NCBI GenBank assembly: GCA_965224195.1
Contig: OZ245040.1
Location: 1,152,001-1,216,000, forward strand
Length of the DNA stretch: 64,000 bases
Reading direction: 5' to 3'
Source: Nitrosopumilus sp.
GTDB lineage: Archaea; Thermoproteota; Nitrososphaeria; Nitrososphaerales; Nitrosopumilaceae
Shown: piece by piece, positions 1-9,885 of the stretch
Numbering within the stretch: the first letter of the stretch is position 1
Layout: each line of letters starts with the position of its first letter
Program-made: the position numbers and the translations under genes
The notes under the pieces: generated by a model
Told to the model about the DNA's origin: nothing
What the model saw: only the letters and a program-made list of their open reading frames with translations
Database searches by the model: none

Positions 1-9
1 AAAGAACTG

Positions 10-393
10 TTGGAAAAATTAATGGAATTTAATGAAAAAAATCCCTCAAAATTTACATTGTATGTAAATGAAGAAACTTATTCAATTACAAGTACTTTGA
101 TAACTAATTCTCCAATCCCTGTAAATGAACCCACCACTCGTGGCGGGGTATATTTTTCAGATAAATTTGCATACAAAATGAAATGTGTTGTAGATGATCT
201 TTCTGTAGTGCCCCTACTTACAAAGAAAATGCTTGGACCCAATACTGAGTTTGGCGAACTAAAGATAACTACTACAATTGAATCTGATGGTAAATCCATC
301 CCAATTGAAATTTTTACCAATCTTACAAACAGTGTTCAAACTCCAAGTTCAATTGAATTAAGTTTGATTATTGTAAAATTAGAATCAGTCTAA
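10..393 (+). CDS. hypothetical protein
   Basis: 127-aa ORF with host-like composition, convergent with the J-domain gene. Confidence 0.75.
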   Translation: MEKLMEFNEKNPSKFTLYVNEETYSITSTLITNSPIPVNEPTTRGGVYFSDKFAYKMKCVVDDLSVVPLLTKKMLGPNTEFGELKITTTIESDGKSIPIEIFTNLTNSVQTPSSIELSLIIVKLESV

Positions 394-944
394 TTCACTT
401 TGAGATATTTATCATATTTTTCTCTACGTTCTAAATCTGATAACACTTCATACGCTTTGTTTAGCTCTGCCATTTCTTCTTCCGAATTCTCCCTGGTTTT
501 ATCTGGATGGGTCTTTTTTGCAAGTTCTCTGAATTTCTTTTTAATTTCCTCAGGGGTCGCATCCTTTGAAACTCCTATTACATCATAATAATTTGGAAGT
601 TCATCGTTGTTTAGTGCATCTCTGAATTCTTTGTCATCTTTGGTATTCCTTCTCTTGCCAAGTTCTTCATAATCATCTCCCCAATCTGAATGGTATTTTT
701 CAAATGTTTTCTCTTTTTTTGACTCTAGATTTTCTTTATCATAAGATGTCTTTCTTCTAAGGATGATATCTCTTGATAAAAATAGAAACACTGCTAATAT
801 TGCAATGATAAATCCTGAAAATAACATAATTTTTTCTTCATCTGTTACTTCAAGTACCATGTTGAGATTTTCTTCTTGAGCATTTGCTGATTGCAGTCCT
901 CCAAAGACGATAATTGATATTATAAAAATACTGAAATTCTTCAT
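390..944 (-). CDS. membrane-anchored DnaJ (J-domain) protein
   Basis: signal peptide plus TM helix; C-terminal J domain (NYYDVIGV...IKKKFRELAKKTHPDK...LNKAYEVLSD) with HPD motif. Confidence 0.9.
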   Translation of the reverse strand: MKNFSIFIISIIVFGGLQSANAQEENLNMVLEVTDEEKIMLFSGFIIAILAVFLFLSRDIILRRKTSYDKENLESKKEKTFEKYHSDWGDDYEELGKRRNTKDDKEFRDALNNDELPNYYDVIGVSKDATPEEIKKKFRELAKKTHPDKTRENSEEEMAELNKAYEVLSDLERREKYDKYLKVN

Positions 945-954
945 TTTTTCTTTC

Positions 955-1398
955 CTATGATAATCTGAAATCTTCTTTTGCAGTATTTAGAACTACATGA
1001 GTTATGGTATTTTCCACATTAGGAATTGTTGCCAACTCCTTTACAAACTTGCTTAATCCTTTTCTTTCTTTGAATTTTGCAATGATTATGGTGTCTGTTG
1101 AACCTGTAATATCATATACTCCACAAACATTTTCAAATTTTGCTATTTCATCTTCTATATCTACAACTTTGTCATTTTTGGTAATGATTTCAATAATTGC
1201 AGTTAATGAATATCCTATTTTTTCATGATCAATGATTGTAGTGTATCCTAGGATGATTTTCTCTTTTTCTAATTTCTTCATTCTTGATAATACTGTCACA
1301 GTTGACATTCCAAGTTTTAGAGCAAGCTGTCTGGCTGATTGTCTTGCATCAACAAGTAAGTTTTTTAGAATTTTCTCATCTGTTTCATCCAGGTCCAT
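955..1398 (-). CDS. Lrp/AsnC family transcriptional regulator
   Basis: MDLDETDEKIL..L..DAR HTH and C-terminal ligand domain (YDITGSTD). Confidence 0.95.
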   Translation of the reverse strand: MDLDETDEKILKNLLVDARQSARQLALKLGMSTVTVLSRMKKLEKEKIILGYTTIIDHEKIGYSLTAIIEIITKNDKVVDIEDEIAKFENVCGVYDITGSTDTIIIAKFKERKGLSKFVKELATIPNVENTITHVVLNTAKEDFRLS

Positions 1399-1519
1399 AT
1401 TCTATAATGGTGAAAAATTTATTTAAATTTTCATGAAATTTGTGTAAATTTGTTTGATTCTCTCTATTCTCATCTTTGATTTTTTTTAGATTTAATACAA
1501 ATGATGTCTAGAATATTCT

Positions 1520-1747
1520 ATGGGTGAAATTGAAGATCTAGTCAATAAAGGTCGGGCTCTAATGGATGAAGGAAAATTCTTTGATGCTCTTGGTTTTTTT
1601 GAACAAGCCCTTCTATTGAATCAAAATAATCCAGACCTTTGGAACAACAAGGGAGTTGCCCTGAGAAGTTTAGGTAGGTACGAGGAATCAATGGAATGTT
1701 TTAACAAATCACTTGAAATTGAACCTCGAGACAAATTTGCTTCTTGA
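1520..1747 (+). CDS. small TPR protein
   Basis: TPR consensus LWNNKGVALRSLGRYEESMECFNKSLEIEP. Confidence 0.9.
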   Translation: MGEIEDLVNKGRALMDEGKFFDALGFFEQALLLNQNNPDLWNNKGVALRSLGRYEESMECFNKSLEIEPRDKFAS

Positions 1748-1807
1748 TGTCTATTGGTTATTGTATAATGATCGCTGATTTAATAATTCATTTTTCTAAT
1801 TCAAAGA

Positions 1808-2389
1808 ATGTCTAGTCAGGTTTTATGTCCACAATTGATAGTTGGGGAGACAAAAAATCAGTTTATTATTAACAAAATAATATCAAATACTGTGAGCGAT
1901 AAAATTGAAAAGATGCTGGTACAAGCTTTTGAATGTGTTGAAGATGAGAATTTCTCTGATGCTTTGAAATTATATGATTTGGCACTAAAAGAAGATCCTG
2001 ATAATACCAATATCCTAATTGATAAAGGTGCAACTTTACAAAACATAGGAAAACTAAAACTTGCAATTCATTCATATGATGAAGCCCTTAAAATTTCTCC
2101 TGAAAATATTGATGCATTGTTAAACAAAGGTTCCACATTACATTCAGATGAAAAATACATTCAAGCAATAGAGTGCTATGATTCTGCTTTGAAAATTGAT
2201 AAAAACTGCGCAATGGCTCTTGCATACAAGGGTCTTTCATTAGGGGAAATGGGCAAACTCAAAGAAGCCATAAAACATTTTAAAAAAGCATTATCTATTG
2301 ACAAACATTATGATTTGGCAAGTATTTCAAAAGACATTGCACAGGAATTACTAAAATCAATTAACGAAAAAAAATCTAAAATACAGTAA
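1808..2389 (+). CDS. TPR repeat protein (real start may be an internal GTG)
   Basis: several TPR units (e.g. ALAYKGLSLGEMGKLKEAIKHFKKALSID). Confidence 0.9.
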   Translation: MSSQVLCPQLIVGETKNQFIINKIISNTVSDKIEKMLVQAFECVEDENFSDALKLYDLALKEDPDNTNILIDKGATLQNIGKLKLAIHSYDEALKISPENIDALLNKGSTLHSDEKYIQAIECYDSALKIDKNCAMALAYKGLSLGEMGKLKEAIKHFKKALSIDKHYDLASISKDIAQELLKSINEKKSKIQ

Positions 2390-2546
2390 CATCTCCTGGT
2401 GCTGGCTCTCGATTTGGCTGTTCGTTATCTTTGAAAAAGTCACTATGTTTCAAATTTTGGTGCTCTCTTAATTCTTCTATATTCTCAAAACCCTCATGAC
2501 ACAAGTAACATTTTGGTTTATGTTCATCAATTAGAGGAAGTACCAT
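2376..2546 (-). CDS. C2H2 zinc-finger microprotein (56 aa, not in ORF track)
   Basis: manual translation MVLPLIDEHKPKCYLCHEGFENIEELREHQNLKHSDFFKDNEQPNREPAPGDVTVF; C-x2-C-x12-H-x4-H. Confidence 0.8.
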   Translation of the reverse strand: MVLPLIDEHKPKCYLCHEGFENIEELREHQNLKHSDFFKDNEQPNREPAPGDVTVF

Positions 2547-2621
2547 GACATTTCTATCATGACTGGCTACTTATTTCTTGAGACTACAAGGAATATATCC
2601 TGATAGGAAAAACGAATCAAT

Positions 2622-3719
2622 ATGCTGGAACAACTAGTTGGAGATTCACAGGCTTTAGATCGTGTTCTTGCTGGCGAGGAACTTTCCTACAAAGATGGTA
2701 TGGATTTGATGAATTATGATAATTTACATTTACTTGGAGCAGTTGCAGATAACTCTAGAAAAAAACTAGTTAATGATACTGTAACATTTGCAGCATCATA
2801 CTACATGAATTACACCAATGTTTGTGCAGCTAGCTGTCAAATGTGTGCATTTTATCGAAAAGACGGTGCAGAAGATGCATACACCTTAACTCCACAAGAA
2901 ATTGAAGCTCGAGTGGGAATTGCAAAACAGATGGGTGCTACTGAAGTTCACATTGTTGGCGGCTTTCATCCCAAACTTCCACTAGAATACTATGAAGACA
3001 TGATGAGGTCAATTAAAAAAAGTCATCCTCAACTTAACATCAAAGCATTAACTGCAGCTGAGATTTACTATTTATCAAAATTAACAAAAAATTCTACTAA
3101 AGAAATTTTGTCTCGTCTAAAAGATGCAGGACTTGATTCAATGCCTGGTGGAGGGGCTGAACTATTTCATCCTGACATTAGAGGAAAGATAGTTCGTGGA
3201 AAATGTACGGGACAACAGTGGCTTGATGTTATTGAGGAGGCTCATAATATGGACATCAAAAGCAACGTTACCATGCTTTATGGACATATTGAAAAACCTG
3301 AACATATTGTTGATCATCTAATCAAGGTGCGTGAATTACAAAAGAAGACAAATGGATTTCTAACTTTGATTCCTTTAAAATTTAGTTTAGATAATACTGA
3401 ACTGGAACAAGAACACTTGGTGAGTAATGAATGTTCATCAGTTTATGATTTACGAGTTGTTGCACTATCAAGATTGATGCTTGCAAATGTTCTAAATAAC
3501 ATCTCAGTTTACTGGGTTGCATATGGCAAAAAGCTTGCACAAGTTGCATTGTCTAATGGCGGCAACGATTTAGTTGGAACTGCCTTTTCTGAGGAAATCT
3601 ACAAATCTGCTGGAAAAGCAACTTCTTCTTCAGTTGAAGAACTTGCAACAATGGTAAAAGAGATTGGCCGTACCCCTGCACAAAGAAATACTCACTTTGG
3701 TATTTTGAAAAAATTCTAA
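2622..3719 (+). CDS. mqnE: CofH-family radical SAM enzyme, likely aminofutalosine synthase MqnE
   Basis: CAASCQMC radical-SAM motif, SMPGGGAELF, IPLKF, VYWV; mqnD and ubiX also in window. Confidence 0.8.
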   Translation: MLEQLVGDSQALDRVLAGEELSYKDGMDLMNYDNLHLLGAVADNSRKKLVNDTVTFAASYYMNYTNVCAASCQMCAFYRKDGAEDAYTLTPQEIEARVGIAKQMGATEVHIVGGFHPKLPLEYYEDMMRSIKKSHPQLNIKALTAAEIYYLSKLTKNSTKEILSRLKDAGLDSMPGGGAELFHPDIRGKIVRGKCTGQQWLDVIEEAHNMDIKSNVTMLYGHIEKPEHIVDHLIKVRELQKKTNGFLTLIPLKFSLDNTELEQEHLVSNECSSVYDLRVVALSRLMLANVLNNISVYWVAYGKKLAQVALSNGGNDLVGTAFSEEIYKSAGKATSSSVEELATMVKEIGRTPAQRNTHFGILKKF

Positions 3720-4039
3720 CCTAGTTGTTTTTTAATAGAATCTAATTTTTCTTCCATTTTGACTTGTTTGTCTCGTCTTGAATCTATTTTGATAATTACC
3801 TCCACTCTTGCTATGCCTAGATTGTGAACTGTCTCCATCATTTGTTTTGTTGCCGTGTTTATGACATCCATATTATTTGATTCTAGAATTGTTCCCATTG
3901 CATTGATTTCATATCTTAAATTTTTGATTTTTTGAATTGATTCTATTGCCTTTGCAATGTAAAAACTGGTGCTGGTGGTTTTAGTTGCCATTGGGTAGAT
4001 GCTGATTTCAGCTTGAATCAAGATGTCTAATTTTGTCAT
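3716..4039 (-). CDS. MTH1187/YkoF-like thiamine-binding protein
   Basis: AEISIYPM...YEINAMGTILE...IKIDSRRDK pattern. Confidence 0.85.
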   Translation of the reverse strand: MTKLDILIQAEISIYPMATKTTSTSFYIAKAIESIQKIKNLRYEINAMGTILESNNMDVINTATKQMMETVHNLGIARVEVIIKIDSRRDKQVKMEEKLDSIKKQLG

Positions 4040-4154
4040 TTTTTACTTAATAATATATTCTCAAGTTGTTTTTTGTGATCTGAATATGTCATTGATAGTT
4101 TCCCTAACATTCAAAGATGGGTAATTATGGGTAAATTTGAATTGGAACATAACT

Positions 4155-4265
4155 ATGATTAAGACAAAATGTGATAGATGTGGTACTGATTTAGGCACCG
4201 AAAGTAAGAAAACAAAGCAACGATTTTGTGGAAATTGTAAGAAAAAGTTTGATTTGTATAAATAA
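4155..4265 (+). CDS. zinc-ribbon microprotein (36 aa)
   Basis: manual translation MIKTKCDRCGTDLGTESKKTKQRFCGNCKKKFDLYK; two CxxC. Confidence 0.6.
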   Translation: MIKTKCDRCGTDLGTESKKTKQRFCGNCKKKFDLYK

Positions 4266-4546
4266 TTAATTTTAAAACAACACGAAAGCCTCGTTACGGC
4301 AAACGACGAGATGTGTGGTATTTGCAGGCTGCAATGTATGCCTTTATGCATTATGAGGAGACAAATTTTATTGCAAATCAAATCGTCATCATAGAGTCAT
4401 GTGAAGACGGAAAGTGCAGGATACACAAGGTAAAGTTTGCAGACTATGCAGATGAGATGCTTGAAACAATCCAAATGTTTTATTTGCCTGAATCAACTGA
4501 CAACTCGCCAACAAAATATCTAGAGTTTTTGAGGAGGATAAACTAA
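4262..4546 (+). pseudogene. C-terminal half of a RecB/Cas4/lambda-exonuclease-like PD-(D/E)xK nuclease
   Basis: frame reads IINFKTTRKPRY...WYLQAAMYAFM (degenerate D-x-K motif plus QxxxY); an in-frame stop precedes it and the N-half is missing. Confidence 0.65.
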
Positions 4547-4894
4547 ATGTCTGCCGTATCCATGGCCTCAAGGTTTGACAGCACCTGCAAGGTCTGCAGC
4601 GTACAAATCAGAGCCGGTGATGCCATATACAAAGTAAATGATCACTGGTGTAAAAATCAAAACTGTGGCAAGTCTGACAACCAGGTTCACATGGAGAAGA
4701 GACGCATTGATCTTGAGAATAAAACTCCGCCTGGCGACTTGGATTCTGAGACGTGCAGTGTCATTGATGCAAATGCCGTGCTCTTGTACAAAATTAATCA
4801 GAGAGTTTTGCATGCCCTCAAGAGATATGACGAGGCCCCAAACCCTGCAATGGTTGGGCAGTTTACAAAAATCATATATGACAAGCTAGGATGA
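4547..4894 (+). CDS. Zn-finger-containing hypothetical protein, probably viral
   Basis: SRFDSTCKVC..IRAGDAIYKVNDHWCKNQNC; abuts the exonuclease fragment. Confidence 0.7.
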   Translation: MSAVSMASRFDSTCKVCSVQIRAGDAIYKVNDHWCKNQNCGKSDNQVHMEKRRIDLENKTPPGDLDSETCSVIDANAVLLYKINQRVLHALKRYDEAPNPAMVGQFTKIIYDKLG

Positions 4895-5061
4895 TTGGCG
4901 ATCCTAGCTTGTTCTTATCATCCCGCACATGTCTTGATCTCACTGATATAGCACGAATTAAATAAAAAACATCACAACATATCATTAATTTTATTATGAT
5001 GTATCTTTGATGTGTCAGACTAAAGCACAATGCAGATATAATCACGCAGTAACAAGACCAC

Positions 5062-6653
5062 ATGGCACTGCTTTATGTTTTTATGGCATTGCTAATTTTG
5101 TCCAGTTTTATTCCGTTATCTTACTCTGAAGATATCAGGGGGTCGCATCATGATTCTAAAATACACATGCAGATTCAGGGCGATACAACATCAGGCAAGA
5201 TAACACACAAGGATGTCCAGTATTCATGGGATGACATAAAGTTAATTTATAAAAATCAAAAGCTGTACATATTTGATAATGATATAAAAATTCTGGCAAA
5301 ACAAGTAGCAGATTACAAGTATCTGATAATTGCAAAGCTTGCAGATGATGATGGCGTCAGATTGAGGTTCTTGTCTGATGTATCAGAGCCTGCAAAAAAC
5401 ACTGCACAGCGCAATCTGTTGGATGAAATGAATCAAAAAACTTTAGAGTCTGTCAAGTCTGAACATGACATGACTTTTAAAGAAAAACAATTGCTAGAAA
5501 AGGAGAAAAAAACAGCAGAGGCAAAAAAGATATCAGATGACAGACTGGAAAGAATTGCAGAGCAAAATACAAAGAATATGAATGGCAAGACATCTCATGG
5601 CATTATGGAGGACTGGAAGGAATCATAAAAACAGACGGGTATGAAATTGATAACTGATGATTCTAAAAAGACGGTAAAGCAGGATCCAAAAAAAGATGTT
5701 GTAAATACAGTACAGAAAACAAAGGTATACATTTCTGTTCCGCATCATGTAGAGTGGAAAAATACGCTGCGATATGATATACTAGTTACTGATGATGCAC
5801 GCATCAATATGTTGATGACTACAACTCTTTTGTAGGAAATGTACTATCTGATGTTGCAATAGATGGAACCATAAAGAATCCTGATGGCCAAACAGTTCAT
5901 AAATTCAAAGGTGTGACTTCTGCATCTGGCTCATATGCTAACAGCTGGCTTGTACCGGATAATTCCAACACTCGTGGGCAATACACTTTGGAGATAAATT
6001 CTGTGTTTGGGAAACAAAGAGATAACAAGCTGGTTTCATTTTATGTACTGCCAATTGCTAAAGGTTCTTTTAACAATCCACCAGTAGCTGACGCTGGAAT
6101 TGGAGGGCATTTTCCAAGTGGTAAATTGATAACTTTGGATGGTTCTAAAAGCAATGATCAAGATGATTCAAAGTTATTCTATACTTGGACACAAATAAAA
6201 GGTTTAGATGTTCCAATGAATAAAAAAATTGCAAAACCAACTTTTACAATTCCTGATATTGCAGGTATGTTTGAATTTAACCTAGCTGTTAGTGATGGCA
6301 GAAAGTCAGGCAATAATTCATCAAATGTTGCAATATCTTCAATTCATGCAAATGCTGGGGAGAATGAAACCTACACTGATGGTACCGCTAATTTTACTCT
6401 AAACTCTGCTGAAATAATACTTGACGGTTCTGAAAGTAAGGATTCTTTAAAGCATTCTTTGGATTATGTGTGGGAAATATTTGGCAATGTTCCAATACAA
6501 AGCACTTTGACAGATTTAAAAATAACAAACCCGACTCAATCTGTGTCTAAATTCATACCTGATGTTATAGGAAAATATAATTTTACTTTAACCATTAGTG
6601 ATAAGGACAAGATAAAAGATTCTGATAATATTATGATAACTATAAAAAAATAA
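5062..6653 (+). pseudogene. split secreted protein with C-terminal PKD/Ig-like repeats (ORFs 5062-5628, 5641-5835, 5913-6653)
   Basis: signal peptide in first ORF; PPVADAG..ITLDGSKSND..YTWTQ and HANAG..ILDGSESKD..YVWE repeats in last ORF; consecutive same-strand pieces. Confidence 0.6.
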
Positions 6654-7060
6654 AATACAATTATAAATTAATTTAGATATAAATTAGTGTAAAAAAATCA
6701 TATTTTTTTTTATGTTGTTTAACTATTGTCTCATAACAGTTAATTGTGTGTTTATCATAACCTCACTGAGTGGCAGAAATTTTCAGTTAGCTTGTGCAAA
6801 TTATTTGTTCTCAACATGAGGTATTTGCCAATTATCATTCATTGTGTTATTGTGATGTTTTTGAGGATTATCATGATATTACAGTTGTATATTATACACC
6901 TGAGGCAAAATACAGTGCACTTGGAGTATTTTGCAAAAGGACATTGGCAATTCTGAAATTTTAACATCAGACTCGATACGGGTAATCGCCACACAGTTCC
7001 TGGAAAAATTATGAATGAACTCTATATCCCCACAACGTTACAGAACTCAAAACGCTTTAT

Positions 7061-7096
7061 ATAGATAATCTCAATATAGATAATCTCAATATAGAT
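7061..7096. repeat. 15-bp tandem repeat ATAGATAATCTCAAT x2.4
   Basis: read directly from sequence. Confidence 0.9.
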
Positions 7097-7162
7097 CAAC
7101 AATGTTAGAATTTCAAGAATTTAAGGAAATTATAAAAGATTATGTGGCCATAAGAACTTGAC

Positions 7163-7275
7163 AGAATTGGATTGGAATTGTATTCTTTAGTAAGGATCAC
7201 CTTTTGATATGGCTTCTGCAAGGTCCTTGCCATCTAAGAATTGGATTGGAATTGTATTCTTTAGTAAGGATCACC
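7163..7275. repeat. two perfect 39-bp direct repeats separated by a 35-bp unique spacer
   Basis: AGAATTGGATTGGAATTGTATTCTTTAGTAAGGATCACC at 7163-7201 and 7237-7275. Confidence 0.9.
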
Positions 7276-7403
7276 AAAGGTAAACACATGAGATTTACAA
7301 AAGGAACAAAGGAGGTTTGACAAGACGTGGGGAAAAAGCCAAGCGTGAAAGACTGTCAAAGTCTGAACGGAATATATATAACGTATCATTGTGATAATAT
7401 GAA

Positions 7404-9245
7404 ATGATGTCTGCAGGACTGTATGCACTGGTACTGCTTGCATCCCTGTCAGTCCTCCTGCTTTCAAGTACAATCAGTACAGCTGATGCAACCAATCATA
7501 TTCCTCCAGTACTGAAAAATCCAACTGGCCTCGATGTGTATTCAACTCCAGTCTCTGCCACACTATCCTGGTATGCACCTATAGTAGATGCCAACGATGA
7601 CTTTGCATCTGAGAATATTCGTTATGTCGTAAGTGTCCATGATGGTACTAGTGGTGCTAAATTATCTGAACATAAGAATTATTACAGCGCAGATGGCAAG
7701 TTTTATTCACTTTCTGTATATGGTTTGACTCCTGGCAAGGCATATTCTTTCTCGCTTTATGCATATGTTGATACAAATAACAGTATTAGATCTGATACCT
7801 TGTCTCATGGCTTTACGAGCTTATCTCCGGGTGGTCCTATTATCCCTGGCCCACCAGTATTTACTTTAAAAGAAATAATATCCAATACCCAGGCCATATT
7901 CACAATTGAAAGGCCTGCAAAGGTGTTTCCTGGCGATATAGCACATTATGTTTTACAGTATACCTGCGGCTCTGGTGACAAAGAACATACCTACGGCGCC
8001 AAGACATCTCTCAACCCTAATGCTGAGATACGTGTAATGCCTGATAGATCAGGTGTTGGCCAGTATACGACTGTTGATGTAGGAGCATCTGGAAATATCG
8101 ACTCTTGCACTTTTAAGATTATCACCAAACTTGATTATAAAATATCTAGTGATTGGTATTCGTTTACTGTATCATATCCTGACGCAGATCCACTAAAAGA
8201 TCACAAAAAGAAGAAGAGTACTGGCAGCTCAAATGAGCACTACAAAAAGCCAACCTTTGGATTATCCCATCTGACAGAAAGTCTAATTGTAAATAATGGC
8301 ATGTGCCTTAATGACAGCTGCGTTGACGTTGTATCATGGCACACAAAATATCCGGAGGATAAAATATTGATAGACACCACAAACTATCTGCAGGCCAAAA
8401 TGTACACTGATAAAACTTTGCGATATGTAGAGTTTTTCTTTGGAGTGCCAAGGCCTGGAGATGCATCTAATGCAGAGGTATTCGTAAAGGTAAGCCTGTC
8501 TAGAAACTATACCAGTCCAAATAACTATGATGTAACTGGCATCAGTACCATTGATGCAGAAGGTTTGCTGGATGGCACTGTAACTGCTGCAACCATACAG
8601 CCAAGCAAATGTCTTAGTGCAGATGCCGAACCAAACTGTCACACTGTAACATTGCAGTTTGATTTCAACGAGGCGCCAATACACAGGGCATTTGCCATAG
8701 CGGCAGTTGACATGGACAGACGAGTCCATACAAATTACTTTAATGACGGCTTTGTGGTACTTGGCGAATCACTAAATCCAGCAGATATGCACCATGTTGC
8801 AAACAGTGGCAAGTATCACTCTAATGAATATGCAAGTACGCACCAGCTGACACTGACCCAGACAGACAGGGCCAAGAACCTGTGGGCTGACCAGTGGGGA
8901 TTTGCCTGGACACAAAATGACCATGGTACATGGCTCCAGCTGGAACGAGATGAGTTTGTACGACACCAGGATGACATTAGCAGCGTAATGACCAGAGTAA
9001 ACTCTAACTATGATAGTATGATATCTCATGAGAGGGACCGCGCATTACAGCATGCAAAGGATATGTATGGCAGCATATATGACAAACCATCCTCTGATCT
9101 GGCAGAGCCTGTAACCATATGGATTGTGCCCTCACCGTCAGGCAAGCTACAAAACCCGGAGATACTTGATGCAATGAAACTGGAGGAAGCAAAGGCAATG
9201 AGCTATTTGCAGCATATGGTACGCGCAGACATGTCGCGTGAATGA
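7404..9245 (+). CDS. secreted protein with fibronectin type III-like domain and C-terminal module
   Basis: signal peptide; PTGLDV..TPVSATLSWYAP...RYVV...VYGLTPGKAYSFSLYA FN3 pattern. Confidence 0.8.
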   Translation: MMSAGLYALVLLASLSVLLLSSTISTADATNHIPPVLKNPTGLDVYSTPVSATLSWYAPIVDANDDFASENIRYVVSVHDGTSGAKLSEHKNYYSADGKFYSLSVYGLTPGKAYSFSLYAYVDTNNSIRSDTLSHGFTSLSPGGPIIPGPPVFTLKEIISNTQAIFTIERPAKVFPGDIAHYVLQYTCGSGDKEHTYGAKTSLNPNAEIRVMPDRSGVGQYTTVDVGASGNIDSCTFKIITKLDYKISSDWYSFTVSYPDADPLKDHKKKKSTGSSNEHYKKPTFGLSHLTESLIVNNGMCLNDSCVDVVSWHTKYPEDKILIDTTNYLQAKMYTDKTLRYVEFFFGVPRPGDASNAEVFVKVSLSRNYTSPNNYDVTGISTIDAEGLLDGTVTAATIQPSKCLSADAEPNCHTVTLQFDFNEAPIHRAFAIAAVDMDRRVHTNYFNDGFVVLGESLNPADMHHVANSGKYHSNEYASTHQLTLTQTDRAKNLWADQWGFAWTQNDHGTWLQLERDEFVRHQDDISSVMTRVNSNYDSMISHERDRALQHAKDMYGSIYDKPSSDLAEPVTIWIVPSPSGKLQNPEILDAMKLEEAKAMSYLQHMVRADMSRE

Positions 9246-9444
9246 TATCCCGTATTTTTTGAATGTTATGTTATCTGATACTTTGGTCAAAACTAGGCCG
9301 GATTTTCAACTGATGGTAAATTCGGGTGACAGAGTGGTTCAGTTAGGGTTACCAACGCCTTAACATTGCAAAGCTGACAGCAAACAACACCACCCCCTCT
9401 TTTTATTTTAAAATGTTAACATACAACTATACTAAATTATTATT

Positions 9445-9588
9445 ATGGCATCAAAGCGCATAACCATTATGATTGATGAGAAAAATTACTCCAAAATACA
9501 CAAAATTCAGGCCAAGAGAATTCTAAATGAGAATCGCGCTGTCAGCTTTTCTCAGGTTATTAATGATCAATTAGAAAAAAGTTTCTAA
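9445..9588 (+). CDS. ribbon-helix-helix-like microprotein (47 aa)
   Basis: manual translation MASKRITIMIDEKNYSKIHKIQAKRILNENRAVSFSQVINDQLEKSF. Confidence 0.75.
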   Translation: MASKRITIMIDEKNYSKIHKIQAKRILNENRAVSFSQVINDQLEKSF

Positions 9589-9688
9589 ATACCTAGTTTT
9601 TGTGTATGGCATAATCCATACACTTTTTGTAAAATGCCTGGGATAGGATATCCCGTCCTAGCTTTATCTTTGGAGGCATTGGACAGCT

Positions 9689-9790
9689 TTTGGTTTTTAC
9701 ACCAAGTGCTCATTTACCTTACAGATGGTATCGCCTTTTTTGATGGATATCTTACAGTGCTTGCCAGGTGCTATCAAACTTTGACTGCAT
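9689..9790 (-). pseudogene. frameshifted paralog of the N-terminus of 4547-4894
   Basis: correcting two +1 insertions gives MQSKFDSTCKHCKISIKKGDTICKVNEHWCKNQ. Confidence 0.75.
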
Positions 9791-9885
9791 TGCATTTGGT
9801 ATGATTACAGTATTACTTTATGATTATTAAATACTGTCTTTGTGTCCATATTGTTAACTAGGAGTTATCACTGGATCTTTATAGA

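Noticed and set aside
4262-4546. cas4 as evidence of a CRISPR-Cas locus
   Set aside because: No Fe-S cysteine cluster and no other cas genes; better read as a viral exonuclease fragment
6744-6956. 70-aa ORF and similar short antisense ORFs over fusA, mqnD, trkH, purL and the transposase
   Set aside because: Shadow or low-complexity ORFs without motifs, mostly overlapping well-supported genes
9320-9410. GC-richer segment loosely resembling the 11250-11360 locus (GGGTGA, hairpin, CCCC, T-tract)
   Set aside because: Similarity limited to short words and the ORF after the SD is only 9 codons; cannot support homology
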